Below, in pieces: positions 1-8,342 of a stretch of 40,792 nt of DNA. The position numbers and the translations under genes are program-made. Positions within the stretch are counted from its first letter, which is position 1. Each line of letters begins with the position of its first letter. This DNA is from a candidate division WOR-3 bacterium (GTDB taxonomy: Bacteria > Hydrothermota > Tepidihabitantia > Tepidihabitantales > Tepidihabitantaceae), in assembly GCA_039801225.1 (NCBI GenBank), contig JBDRUH010000012.1, positions 1 through 40,792 on the forward strand. Direction: 5' to 3'. The notes below the pieces were generated by a model. It was given only the letters and a program-made list of their open reading frames with translations. It made no database searches and had not been told where the DNA came from.

Positions 1-725
1 GCGTTGCCAGCAACCATTAGAACCGCCATTGTTTCGCCGACCGCTCTACCAAATCCGAGCATAACCGCAGCGAGAATCCCGGAGCGGGCAGCGGGTAAAA
101 TTATTCTCAGCGCGGTAGTCCAGGGTGAAGCACCAAGGGCATAAGCCGCCTCGCGGTAAGAATGGGGGACTACCCGAAGCGCATCCTCGGACACAGAAAT
201 GATTGTAGGCAAAGACATCAGCGCGAGGATGATGCCGGCGGTGAAAAGGTTAACCCCAGACGGGATATTAAAAATCCGGGCAAGAAACGGTCCCAAGACG
301 ACCAGACCGAAGAATCCAATAACCACCGAGGGGAATCCGGCGAAAAGTTCAACAAGCATTTTGATAGCAACGCGGAGCCTTCCTTTTAACCTTTCAGCGA
401 TGAATACCGCTCCGGAGACTCCCAATGGAATCGCAATAATGAGGGCGATGAGCGTGCTGAACAAACTTCCGAGGAGCAATGGAATAATTCCATACTGAGG
501 CTCACCATAGGCGTCCGGATTCCAGGACTTGCCAAAAAAGAAGTTCGTTAGTCGCACCGGCTGGGTGCCCGGGTCCTCCGGGTCTATGTTGACCGGAGGC
601 AAAAAGGCGCGGATGCCATAAGAGAGCAAGAAAAGCAAAAGCCCCAACAGGACCGCGGCGGCAAGGAGTGCATTGATGAAGAACACCCCTTTCGCCCCGC
701 GGTCAACTGTTTTGCGCAACTTCAT
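1..725 (-). CDS. pstC: Phosphate ABC transporter permease PstC (3' end runs off window)
   Basis: Translated by hand from ATG at 725, adjacent to the pstS stop: MKLRKTVDRG...YGIIPLLLGSLFSTLIALIIAIPLG...ELFAGFPSVVIGFFGL...SEDALRVVPHSYREAAYALGAS...GRAVGETMAVLMVAGN. Contains the EAA loop and the PstC signature. Confidence 0.93.
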   Translation of the reverse strand, partial: MKLRKTVDRGAKGVFFINALLAAAVLLGLLLFLLSYGIRAFLPPVNIDPEDPGTQPVRLTNFFFGKSWNPDAYGEPQYGIIPLLLGSLFSTLIALIIAIPLGVSGAVFIAERLKGRLRVAIKMLVELFAGFPSVVIGFFGLVVLGPFLARIFNIPSGVNLFTAGIILALMSLPTIISVSEDALRVVPHSYREAAYALGASPWTTALRIILPAARSGILAAVMLGFGRAVGETMAVLMVAGN

Positions 726-1586
726 CTACTCAAGAACCGTCCGATTTCTCTCAATGTAGTTTTCGGTAACCGGCACAAAGCCAGCCTCTTCAACGATTTT
801 CTGCCCGGCAGAACTCAATTCAAACTGAATGAAGTTCCGAATGGCACCCTTCGGCTTGCCGTTGGTATACTGGTAAAGCGGTCGGGTTAGCGGGTAATCA
901 CCCCGTTTCACACTCGCAACATCACCCGGCGAGATAAAAGGTCCTTCCGCCTTTTGGGCGACGCTCAGCGGTTTGACACCGTTAACATCGTGGATGTAGC
1001 CCAGACCGACATAGCCGATGCCACCCTCATCAGCCTTGACCCCTTCAACAATCTGGGAGTTGCCGTTCATCTGAATCATATGAGATGCATACTCACCTTT
1101 GACCACCATTTCGCGAAAGAACACAAAGGTGCCGGAGTTGGGCTGACGCCCGTAAAGGACGATTTTTTTATTTGCGCCACCCAACTGGCTCCAGTTGGTA
1201 ATTTCCCCCCGGTATATCGCGCCAATCTGGTCAATTGTCAGTTTCTCCACCCGGTTGTTGGCGTTTACGATTACCGCCAAGCCGTCAAGGGCGATGACAA
1301 TTTCGGTTGGCTGGACGCCGTTGGCGCGGGCTGAGGAGATCTCCTTAGATTTGATTTTTCGTGAGGCGTTGGCGATGTCAACCTCGCGGTTGATTATGGC
1401 GTTGATGCCCACACCGGAGCCACCGCCACTGACCGACACCAAAACATCGGGCTGGACCGCGGCAAATGCCTCGGCGAGCCGCTGGGTCAGATTCAGCATT
1501 GTGTCCGACCCTTTCACGACAACCTCTTTAGCGATGAGCATCGTTGACATCGCGACAAGAGTTATGAGTGATAATATTTTTTTCAC
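726..1586 (-). CDS. pstS: Phosphate ABC transporter substrate-binding protein PstS
   Basis: Signal peptide followed by KGSDTM, GGGSGVG, DIANASR, YGRQPNSGT and YPLTRPLY motifs; lies directly upstream of pstC. Confidence 0.95.
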   Translation of the reverse strand: MKKILSLITLVAMSTMLIAKEVVVKGSDTMLNLTQRLAEAFAAVQPDVLVSVSGGGSGVGINAIINREVDIANASRKIKSKEISSARANGVQPTEIVIALDGLAVIVNANNRVEKLTIDQIGAIYRGEITNWSQLGGANKKIVLYGRQPNSGTFVFFREMVVKGEYASHMIQMNGNSQIVEGVKADEGGIGYVGLGYIHDVNGVKPLSVAQKAEGPFISPGDVASVKRGDYPLTRPLYQYTNGKPKGAIRNFIQFELSSAGQKIVEEAGFVPVTENYIERNRTVLE

Positions 1587-1598
1587 GCTATCCTCCTT

Positions 1599-2780
1599 TT
1601 ACTGTTGTTTAGTAATTATTGTGTTCCACTCAAATCTAACCTGGGCGAGAAAAGAGTCGTTGGGTTTAATCTCGGTGTTTTTGAACTGGGTTCTCGTCCA
1701 GGCAAACTGAAACTCCAATCCCGGTTTCCCCTTTTCCCTGCGGGCAAAGTGGTAGTTGAACCCGGCACCATAGCGAATGAAACTTTTGTCTTTATTCACC
1801 ACCATTGAGTCATCATGCTGCTCCTTTCTCTCCCAGGTTGAGAAGCGACCAAAAACCTCAACCCGCCGTTTTAAGAGGACAAGGGTCGGGACAAGGTCTA
1901 TGCCGCTAAAGGCGTATTTTTTGGTTTTCTCAGTTAGGGTGGAGTCAATAATTTGGCCAACAGAGTCAAAGTTTATTTTGTAGTAACTGAACCAGCGGGT
2001 GTAGTTATAACCAATATACTCGCCGGTGAGAGAAAATGGACCAAAGGCGATTTTGACCATCGGCGCGATTGCCAGCCGGTTTTTATTCGTGGTGTCGGCG
2101 TTCATAAAAACAATGTTGGTTCCGGTGCCGGTTCGTCCCTTTTTGTCATTTTTGTAAGGGCTATAGTCGCTGGCATTGGTGAAGACCGAGGCACCCAAAG
2201 CGAGACCGGCAAATGGGGTGAGGCGGAGATTGGCAAGCAATTCTGGAGAGAGGTTAACATATTTCCCGGCATATTTATAACCTTCACCGTTATAAATCCC
2301 GAGTTGCAACTCGCCCAGACCATTCGGTAAAAACCCGTTTACGGTAACGCCATAGTCGGCCGAGGCGCAGACACCCTGGTCATCGGCGAGCGATTTTTCC
2401 GGATGGGTGTAATCCCAGGAATAGATGAGACCGAAGTAGTGCTTCTGGAGACCGGCGGTGAGGTTAAAGTCAGGCAATGGTAGTGTTAGGTCGGCGAACG
2501 CCTCTTTCAGCCGAACCGTCGCACCATCAGGGTATTTATCCGAGGAGAAGATGTCCACCGTCATTTTGGTAAAGAACTTTGCTGTCCACTGATGGGAAAA
2601 TCGCAGGTAGCCCCGTTCCAATGAGAATCGGCTGATGCTCGGGTCAAGCAGTTTTAAGCCGCTGCTCTGGTTGGTGTATCGGAACCAGCCGTTGTGTTCC
2701 AGTTCGGTTTCACCCGGTTCCAGGGCGAATATTAGCGTGGCCATTAACGCCACAACTATTGATAGGACTTTTTTGTGCAT
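1599..2780 (-). CDS. Putative outer-membrane porin, probably for phosphate; alternative TTG start at 2783
   Basis: Signal peptide, amphipathic beta-strand pattern (FSLERGYLRF, RLKEAFADL, YGAGFNYHF, LAQVRFEW), and first position in the pst operon. SD AAGGAG at 2795-2790. Confidence 0.65.
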   Translation of the reverse strand: MHKKVLSIVVALMATLIFALEPGETELEHNGWFRYTNQSSGLKLLDPSISRFSLERGYLRFSHQWTAKFFTKMTVDIFSSDKYPDGATVRLKEAFADLTLPLPDFNLTAGLQKHYFGLIYSWDYTHPEKSLADDQGVCASADYGVTVNGFLPNGLGELQLGIYNGEGYKYAGKYVNLSPELLANLRLTPFAGLALGASVFTNASDYSPYKNDKKGRTGTGTNIVFMNADTTNKNRLAIAPMVKIAFGPFSLTGEYIGYNYTRWFSYYKINFDSVGQIIDSTLTEKTKKYAFSGIDLVPTLVLLKRRVEVFGRFSTWERKEQHDDSMVVNKDKSFIRYGAGFNYHFARREKGKPGLEFQFAWTRTQFKNTEIKPNDSFLAQVRFEWNTIITKQQ

Positions 2781-2802
2781 CAAGTTTTGCTCCTTTCGTT
2801 TA

Positions 2803-2870
2803 GTTAATTTGGTAAAATGCTAATTTCTTATTGTTAATTTAAAATAAGTTTTTTGTTAAGATTTGGTTAA
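2803..2870 (-). promoter_or_regulatory. Putative Pho boxes (TTAACA/TTAACC direct repeats in 11-bp phase)
   Basis: On the + strand GGTAA lies at 2811 and GTTAA at 2833, 2855 and 2866, all multiples of 11 bp apart; a further GTTAA at 2803 is out of phase. Resembles PhoP TT(A/T/C)ACA repeats and lies upstream of the pst operon. Confidence 0.6.
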
Positions 2871-2924
2871 TTGTGGCAAAAACCTTAGCCCTTTGTCGGG
2901 CAGGGATTTAGCAACAACAAAAAT

Positions 2925-2952
2925 GCCGGGGCAATTTATAAATTGCTCCGGC
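2925..2952. repeat. Palindrome related to the GTAG-REP at 12470
   Basis: GCCGGGGCAATTTATAAATTGCTCCGGC; core resembles GGGGCAATTCATGAATTGCCCC. Confidence 0.55.
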
Positions 2953-3001
2953 TTAGGACATATCATAAAACCATCCCCGATTGGAAGAGGCGATGCTTTT
3001 C

Positions 3002-3029
3002 TTGACTTTTATTAAGGAAAGAGTAAAAT
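3002..3029 (+). promoter_or_regulatory. Sigma70-type promoter for the acpP operon
   Basis: TTGACT-N16-TAAAAT; SD AAGGAGG precedes acpP. Confidence 0.7.
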
Positions 3030-3072
3030 TTTAAGTTATTTATCATAGAAAACTTTAGGTAAAGGAGGCAGT

Positions 3073-3339
3073 ATGGCTTTAATAGATGAAGTAAAGGCGA
3101 TAATTGCCGAAAAGTTGCCTGATGCAGCAGGAAAACTGACCTTAGATGCCCGGTTTCAAGAGGACTTGGGCGCGGATTCGCTGGATATTGTGGAACTGGT
3201 GTTGGCATTTGAAGATAAGTTTGGGATAAAAATTCCGGACGAGGACTCCCAGCAACTTACCACCGTCGGCAAAGCGGTGGAGTACCTGGAACGAAAACTG
3301 TCAGAGAAGAAGGCGGCTACCGGCGAGCCCAGCCAGTAA
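3073..3339 (+). CDS. acpP: Acyl carrier protein
   Basis: DLGADSLDIVELVLAFEDKFGI phosphopantetheine motif; upstream of fabF. Confidence 0.96.
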   Translation: MALIDEVKAIIAEKLPDAAGKLTLDARFQEDLGADSLDIVELVLAFEDKFGIKIPDEDSQQLTTVGKAVEYLERKLSEKKAATGEPSQ

Positions 3340-3381
3340 CCAGCCCTTTCTTAAGATGAGTTGTTCCCGAATCTTTTGGTT

Positions 3382-4632
3382 ATGGCGATAGAAAAACATC
3401 GGGTGGTGGTAACCGGTTTGGGCGCGGTTACTCCTTTAGGTGATAATGTCCCAACCTTTTGGCAGAACCTATTGGCGGGAAAAAGCGGCGTGGCGAGAAT
3501 AAGTGCCTTTGACCCTTCAGACCTGTCGGTTCAAATTGCTGCTGAGGTGAAAGGTTTTGACCCACTCCGGCGGTTAGACGCAAAACTGGCGAAAAGGGCG
3601 GACCGTTTTACCCAATTTGCCTTGTATGCCACCGCCGAGGCGATAGAGGATGCCGGGCTCAATCTGACCAAAGAGGACAAGGACCGGGTGGGTGTCATCG
3701 TGGGTAGCGGAATGGGCGGAATCGCAACCTGGGAGCAGCAGCATGAGGTTTTTTTAAAAAAAGGACCGCGTCCGGTATCGCCTTTTCTCATTCCAATGAT
3801 GATTCCGGATATGGCTTCAGGGCAGATTGCTATTGTCTATGGGTTGCGGGGTCCTAACTACTGCTCGGTGTCCGCTTGCGCTTCTGGTGCTCATGCCACC
3901 GGGGTAGCGATGAGACATATCCAGAATGGTGACGCAGATGTGATGATTGCCGGCGGAAGTGAGGCGCCAATAACCAAGTTTACTGTTGCCGCCTTTGCCA
4001 ATATGGGCGCCCTTTCCAAAAGGAATACCGAGCCCGAGAAGGCATCAAGACCATTTGACCGGGATAGGGACGGCTTTGTAATCGCAGAAGGGTGTGGAAT
4101 TTATATATTAGAGGAGTTAGGACACGCCCGGAGGCGCGGGGCGCGAATATATTGTGAACTGGCTGGTTATGGTGCCACGGCGGACGGTTATCATATCACC
4201 GCACCGGATCCGGAGGCACACGGTGCAGCCCTGGCGATGCGCCGGGCACTCACCGATGCCCAATTAAACCCGGAGGATGTTGATTACATTAACGCCCATG
4301 GAACATCAACCCCTTTAAACGATGCGGTTGAGGTGAAGGCGATTGAGCAGGTTTTTGGTGCCCACGCTGAGAAAATGTTAATCAACTCCACCAAATCAAT
4401 GATCGGGCACGGTCTGGGTGCTGGAGGGGCGATGGAGTTTATTGCGCTGGTGCTTTCAGTTAGTGACGCAATAGTTCACCAGACGCTGAATTTTGAGAAT
4501 CCCGATGATGGGGTGAATCTGAATTTTGTAAAAGGAGCGTTCCAAAAGAAGGAGATTCGGGTCGGTTTGTCCAACTCATTTGGGTTTGGCGGGCACAACT
4601 GTTGTCTATGTGTTAAGGCATTTAAGGAGTGA
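3382..4632 (+). CDS. fabF: Beta-ketoacyl-ACP synthase II
   Basis: RVVVTGLG, SACASG (catalytic Cys), INAHGTST, KSMIGH and SNSFGFGGHN motifs. ATG 3382 preferred over TTG 3361. Confidence 0.96.
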   Translation: MAIEKHRVVVTGLGAVTPLGDNVPTFWQNLLAGKSGVARISAFDPSDLSVQIAAEVKGFDPLRRLDAKLAKRADRFTQFALYATAEAIEDAGLNLTKEDKDRVGVIVGSGMGGIATWEQQHEVFLKKGPRPVSPFLIPMMIPDMASGQIAIVYGLRGPNYCSVSACASGAHATGVAMRHIQNGDADVMIAGGSEAPITKFTVAAFANMGALSKRNTEPEKASRPFDRDRDGFVIAEGCGIYILEELGHARRRGARIYCELAGYGATADGYHITAPDPEAHGAALAMRRALTDAQLNPEDVDYINAHGTSTPLNDAVEVKAIEQVFGAHAEKMLINSTKSMIGHGLGAGGAMEFIALVLSVSDAIVHQTLNFENPDDGVNLNFVKGAFQKKEIRVGLSNSFGFGGHNCCLCVKAFKE

Positions 4633-4638
4633 GGCGAG

Positions 4639-5424
4639 ATGAATATTATTTGTTGTATTAAACAGGTCCCTTCTACCGAAACGAAGATTCGGATAAATTC
4701 TCAGACCGGTTTTGTTGATACCACTGAAGTGGAGTGGGTAATCAACCCTTATGATGAATATGCCATTGAAACCGCCCTGCGAATAAAAGAGAAGTTGGGT
4801 ACGGGGAAAGTTACCGCGATCAGCCTCGGTCCGGAGCGGGTGAAGATGGCTTTACGCACCGCGCTGGCTATGGGGGTGGATGAGGCGGTGCAACTTTCTG
4901 ACCCGGCGTTTGAAGGGATTGACGCACTGTCCTTGGGAAAGGTCCTGGCCGCCGCGATAAAGCGGTTGGGGTTTGACCTCGTCCTTTGCGGCAAGCAGGC
5001 GATTGATGATGATATGGCATTTGTCCCTCAGGCGGTGGCACACTTTTTGGGAATAGGATATGTTGCGGTGGTTCCCGAGGTGGAGGTTACCCCTGGTTCC
5101 CGGGAGGTGGTTGCTCATCGGGAGATTGAGGGCGCAACCGAAATCGTCCAGATGCAACTGCCCGGTCTTTTAACAATCCAGAAGGGAAAATATCAGCCCC
5201 GGTATCCAACCCTGAAATTGATGATGGCGGCAAAACGGAAGGAGATACCGGTATGGAATGCGAAAGAACTGGGAATTGACCCGGCAACCCTTACCCGGCT
5301 GGTCGTTGAGATAAAGCACCAGTTGCCACCAGGGAGAAAGCCGGGGCGGATGTTAGAGGGGGAGTTAAACCAGGTGGTTCCTGAATTGGTTCGTTTGCTC
5401 CGGGAAGAGGCAAAGATTATTTGA
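4639..5424 (+). CDS. etfB: Electron transfer flavoprotein beta subunit (FixA family)
   Basis: CIKQVP, INPYDEYAIETALRIKE, ALAMGVD, LVLCGKQAIDDD and PRYPTL motifs. Confidence 0.93.
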   Translation: MNIICCIKQVPSTETKIRINSQTGFVDTTEVEWVINPYDEYAIETALRIKEKLGTGKVTAISLGPERVKMALRTALAMGVDEAVQLSDPAFEGIDALSLGKVLAAAIKRLGFDLVLCGKQAIDDDMAFVPQAVAHFLGIGYVAVVPEVEVTPGSREVVAHREIEGATEIVQMQLPGLLTIQKGKYQPRYPTLKLMMAAKRKEIPVWNAKELGIDPATLTRLVVEIKHQLPPGRKPGRMLEGELNQVVPELVRLLREEAKII

Positions 5425-6125
5425 TGTTTGACCGACAACTTTCTCAAAAACGGCTGCTAGTGGGAATCGGCGGCAATATCGGTGCCGGCAAGACAACGGT
5501 GGCGAATGAGTTGCGCCGTTACGGGGCTAAGGTGATTGATGCTGATGAGATCGGCAAAAGCCTTTTGGTAAGTGGTAGTGAGGAGTATAAGAAGTTAGTG
5601 GCGGCATTTGGTAAGGATATCTTAAATAAAAAAGGTGAGATTGACCGCAAGGCGTTAGGACGGCTGGCGTTCAGTTCCCTCAAGAACCTCAAAAAACTGA
5701 ATGCGATTACCCACCCGCCACTTTTAAAGCGGCTGAAGGAGGAGATTGATAAGATGAAGGAAGGGTTGGTAGTGGTTGATGCGGCACTACTCTTTGCCTG
5801 GGGCTTACACAAACAGATGGATGTGGCGATACTGGTAACCGCACCGGACGAGATAAAGGTGAAGAGGATGGCAAAATTGGGGCTTACTGAAGAGGAGGCG
5901 GCACAGCGCTTGAAGTTGCAGGGCAGCGATAAAAAGTTCTGGTCAAGTGCCGATTTTGTTTTAGAAAACAAAGGTTCGTTAGCCGAGTTAAAGCGCAAAA
6001 CCAGAGCGCTCTGGAATTTCTTCTACAGCAGTAGATTCAAACGGCTCAAGACAAAGAGTTCCGAGTCGGAGATAATAAAATCCCAATCGTCGGTGAGTTG
6101 TCCCAAAACGGGACAACCGGAATAA
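5424..6125 (+). CDS. coaE: Dephospho-CoA kinase
   Basis: GIGGNIGAGKTT P-loop, VIDADEIG, IDRKALG, LNAITHP and VVDAALLF motifs; TGATG coupling to etfB. Confidence 0.93.
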   Translation: MFDRQLSQKRLLVGIGGNIGAGKTTVANELRRYGAKVIDADEIGKSLLVSGSEEYKKLVAAFGKDILNKKGEIDRKALGRLAFSSLKNLKKLNAITHPPLLKRLKEEIDKMKEGLVVVDAALLFAWGLHKQMDVAILVTAPDEIKVKRMAKLGLTEEEAAQRLKLQGSDKKFWSSADFVLENKGSLAELKRKTRALWNFFYSSRFKRLKTKSSESEIIKSQSSVSCPKTGQPE

Positions 6126-6143
6126 AAACCCGGAGACCGGGCA

Positions 6144-7193
6144 GTGAAGTTCTCTTTTCTTCCTTTGCGTGACATTGAGCTTAACGACAGTTTGGTGCGG
6201 GCAGCAACACCTTATATTCTTGAATATCAGGAAGTTGCCGCAATAGCAAAAGAGTTCTTTCTCATATATCAACAATTAATCAATTCCCGAGCCCAGGAGT
6301 TGGGGAAGGTCCAGCGGGAGGAGAATGCGGAAAGTTATCCGCTTTTAGGTGCTTTTGGTGAAATGGGCAGACTCCATATTGTCTACGATTTAGAGGAGAC
6401 GAGGCTGGCGATAGAGTTGTTATCCCAAGAGGAGGCGACCAAGGTCTATCGCCTTCTCCGGGAACAACGGCTTATAGTTCCTGACTTGGCGGCGATTCGG
6501 GAAAAGATGTCCGGCAATCTTGCCGAGACGATAGCCAGCATCTTTTGGCAGATTGGTGCTATCAAGGTGAGTTTGGGCGACCTGCGGCCGCTGTTTAAGG
6601 TGGACGAGAATCGCAACTACAGTCCGATATACATTGATGTGAAGGGGATTTTCAACTACCCTTCGGTGAGCGATTTCGTTCTCAGCACCAGTGCGCTCCT
6701 CGTCCGCAATCTTGACTTTGATGTGGTCTGTGGCATTGAGGCGGGAAGTATTGCCCTGGCGGCACTTCTTGCTCAAAAACTCTGCCGACCGATGTTTTTT
6801 GCCCGTAGAGAAAGGCGTTATCCTGAGGCAAGTCCATTTGAGGGTGTGAAAGGGCATGAACTTTTTCGGAAGCGGGTGCTTTTGGTTGATGATACATTGG
6901 TGCATGGCTGGACCAAAAGCCGGGTGATTGAACAAATCCGCGACTGGGGAGCAAAGGTGGCAGCCTGTTTTGTTATATTTGACCGGCAAGAGGGAGGGGA
7001 AGAAGAACTGGCGCGGTTAGGGGTAAAACTATACTCCCTCACCAATCGGGATGCGGCACTTTCCCCCAAAATCCCTCGGGAGATAAGTTTTCTTACCGAA
7101 GCCGAGTTTGCTGAAGTAACCGAATATTTCCGAGACCCGGCCGGGTGGCATAGCCGGCGCGGCTTGCCATTTTTCCCGCTGCGCAAAACTTGA
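6144..7193 (+). CDS. Orotate phosphoribosyltransferase-like protein with ~125-aa N-terminal extension and divergent motifs
   Basis: C-terminal part has SPIYIDVK, DVVCGIEAGSI, VLLVDDTLVHGWT and VIFDRQEGG, consistent with a PyrE-type PRTase fold. Confidence 0.7.
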   Translation: MKFSFLPLRDIELNDSLVRAATPYILEYQEVAAIAKEFFLIYQQLINSRAQELGKVQREENAESYPLLGAFGEMGRLHIVYDLEETRLAIELLSQEEATKVYRLLREQRLIVPDLAAIREKMSGNLAETIASIFWQIGAIKVSLGDLRPLFKVDENRNYSPIYIDVKGIFNYPSVSDFVLSTSALLVRNLDFDVVCGIEAGSIALAALLAQKLCRPMFFARRERRYPEASPFEGVKGHELFRKRVLLVDDTLVHGWTKSRVIEQIRDWGAKVAACFVIFDRQEGGEEELARLGVKLYSLTNRDAALSPKIPREISFLTEAEFAEVTEYFRDPAGWHSRRGLPFFPLRKT

Positions 7194-7217
7194 CAGGGCA
7201 CTCTTTCCAAATATCAT
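7190..7217 (+). promoter_or_regulatory. Sigma70-type promoter for the structured RNA and HNH-like gene
   Basis: TTGACA(7190-7195)-N16-TATCAT(7212-7217); expected start ~7223-7224, at the first hairpin. Confidence 0.75.
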
Positions 7218-7222
7218 AGTCA

Positions 7223-7463
7223 GTGGGCAAAGCCCACGGAAGCCCTATCCGAAAGGCGAACCTTATGGTAGTCGCACAGCGACCTGCGTGCCCCAACGGG
7301 GTGACAGGTGCTCGTGCTACGACCAGAGGGAGTAGCGAACACCGCCTTGAGGGGCGAGTAGCCCCTAAGGAGCGGGGTTTGGGGCACGCAGAGTGCCTAA
7401 GGATGTCCGGCACGGGTTTTCAGGGGCAGTGTCCCTGAGTTTGTCGCCTGCGTTAGGCGGCGA
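7223..7463 (+). ncRNA. Unassigned highly structured RNA (ncRNA or cis-regulatory leader)
   Basis: Manual pairing finds about ten helices, including a perfect 13-bp long-range stem 7284-7296/7379-7391, a closing stem 7238-7245/7414-7421 and a possible pseudoknot. Confidence 0.7.
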
Positions 7464-7475
7464 AAGGAGGTACAA

Positions 7476-8321
7476 ATGATATGGCATTATAACTGCCCAA
7501 ACTGTGGTGAGCCGACGAGCGTAGATTGGGAGCGGCATAAAAAAGAGACGATTTGCCTGAAATGCCGAAGAACCCATTATCCGCCAACACCGGATGAGGA
7601 CCCATACGCCTATATTGGTGGGGCAAAGTGGCCACCCGAGATGGAGCGGGTGGTGGTGGCACGAAAAGGCTCGGTTTGTGCGGTGCCGGGCTGTTTTGCT
7701 TCCTATAACACCCTAACCTTCCGCAAGCCCCTTACTGAGGGCGGAAAGATTTGCGTTGACAATCTTATCCCAGTGTGCACCAAGCATGCCTTAGAGAAGG
7801 GTGAGCGGGATTACGACCAGTGGGTTCGGGAGTTGGAGGAGAAACAGGCAGCCGGCGCAATAGAGGCGATACTCCCTAGCGCAGAAGCCGAGGAGCGGTT
7901 TGCCGGAATACCGGAAGAGGAAGCCGCGCCCAAATATGTCCAGCCAATCACCACCGGTTACGGGGTGAAATTGACGCCCCTTACCGGTAACCAACCGATA
8001 GTGATTGCACCATTTTTGCGTGGGGCAGTGCGCCGAGTATTTTTTGACTATGGATGGGAGGTAAAGGATAAAGCCGAGGTCCAGCTGTTTTTGTTAGCCT
8101 GGTCCAAAGGAGAAGAACCAAACCTGGAACTATTAGGGACCGAGGAGTTCAAGGGGTTAATGGCAAGGAAGGAGCATCGGGCGACCGAGAATAGCCGAGG
8201 TAATGACTGTTTAATTCTCCACCTCCCGGCAACACCGGCTGGCAGATGGGTAGCAGCGGTAGTGGCGGTCGGCGAAGGCTCATTCACAATTTCGGAATTT
8301 GTCCTGGCTGGAACCGATTAG
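7476..8321 (+). CDS. Zn-ribbon plus degenerate HNH-fold protein with uncharacterised C-terminal domain
   Basis: Strong SD AAGGAGG. CPNC...CLKC, then RKGSVCAVPGC...TLTFRKPLTEGG...DNLIPVCTKH...KG, which follows the HNH pattern with catalytic residues replaced. Confidence 0.75.
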   Translation: MIWHYNCPNCGEPTSVDWERHKKETICLKCRRTHYPPTPDEDPYAYIGGAKWPPEMERVVVARKGSVCAVPGCFASYNTLTFRKPLTEGGKICVDNLIPVCTKHALEKGERDYDQWVRELEEKQAAGAIEAILPSAEAEERFAGIPEEEAAPKYVQPITTGYGVKLTPLTGNQPIVIAPFLRGAVRRVFFDYGWEVKDKAEVQLFLLAWSKGEEPNLELLGTEEFKGLMARKEHRATENSRGNDCLILHLPATPAGRWVAAVVAVGEGSFTISEFVLAGTD

Positions 8322-8342
8322 CGGGAAAAGAAGAAGGCTCTT

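Noticed and set aside
6030..6125. CoaE C-terminal tail as another repeat insertion
   Set aside because: Only a faint heptamer-like signal (AGAGTTC CGAGTCG) is present, too weak to support.
7093..7438. Short ORFs 7223-7438(+) and 7093-7413(-)
   Set aside because: No SD and no recognisable protein; expected by chance in GC-rich, self-complementary sequence.
7223..7463. Assignment of the RNA to yybP-ykoY, c-di-AMP, c-di-GMP-I, Moco, SRP, tmRNA or an HDV-like ribozyme
   Set aside because: Only fragments match (GGGAGTAGC, ATCCGAAAGG, GGGCAAA, CCTAAG, GGCGAA). The partner motifs or required topology are missing in each case. This was judged by eye, so cmscan is still needed.
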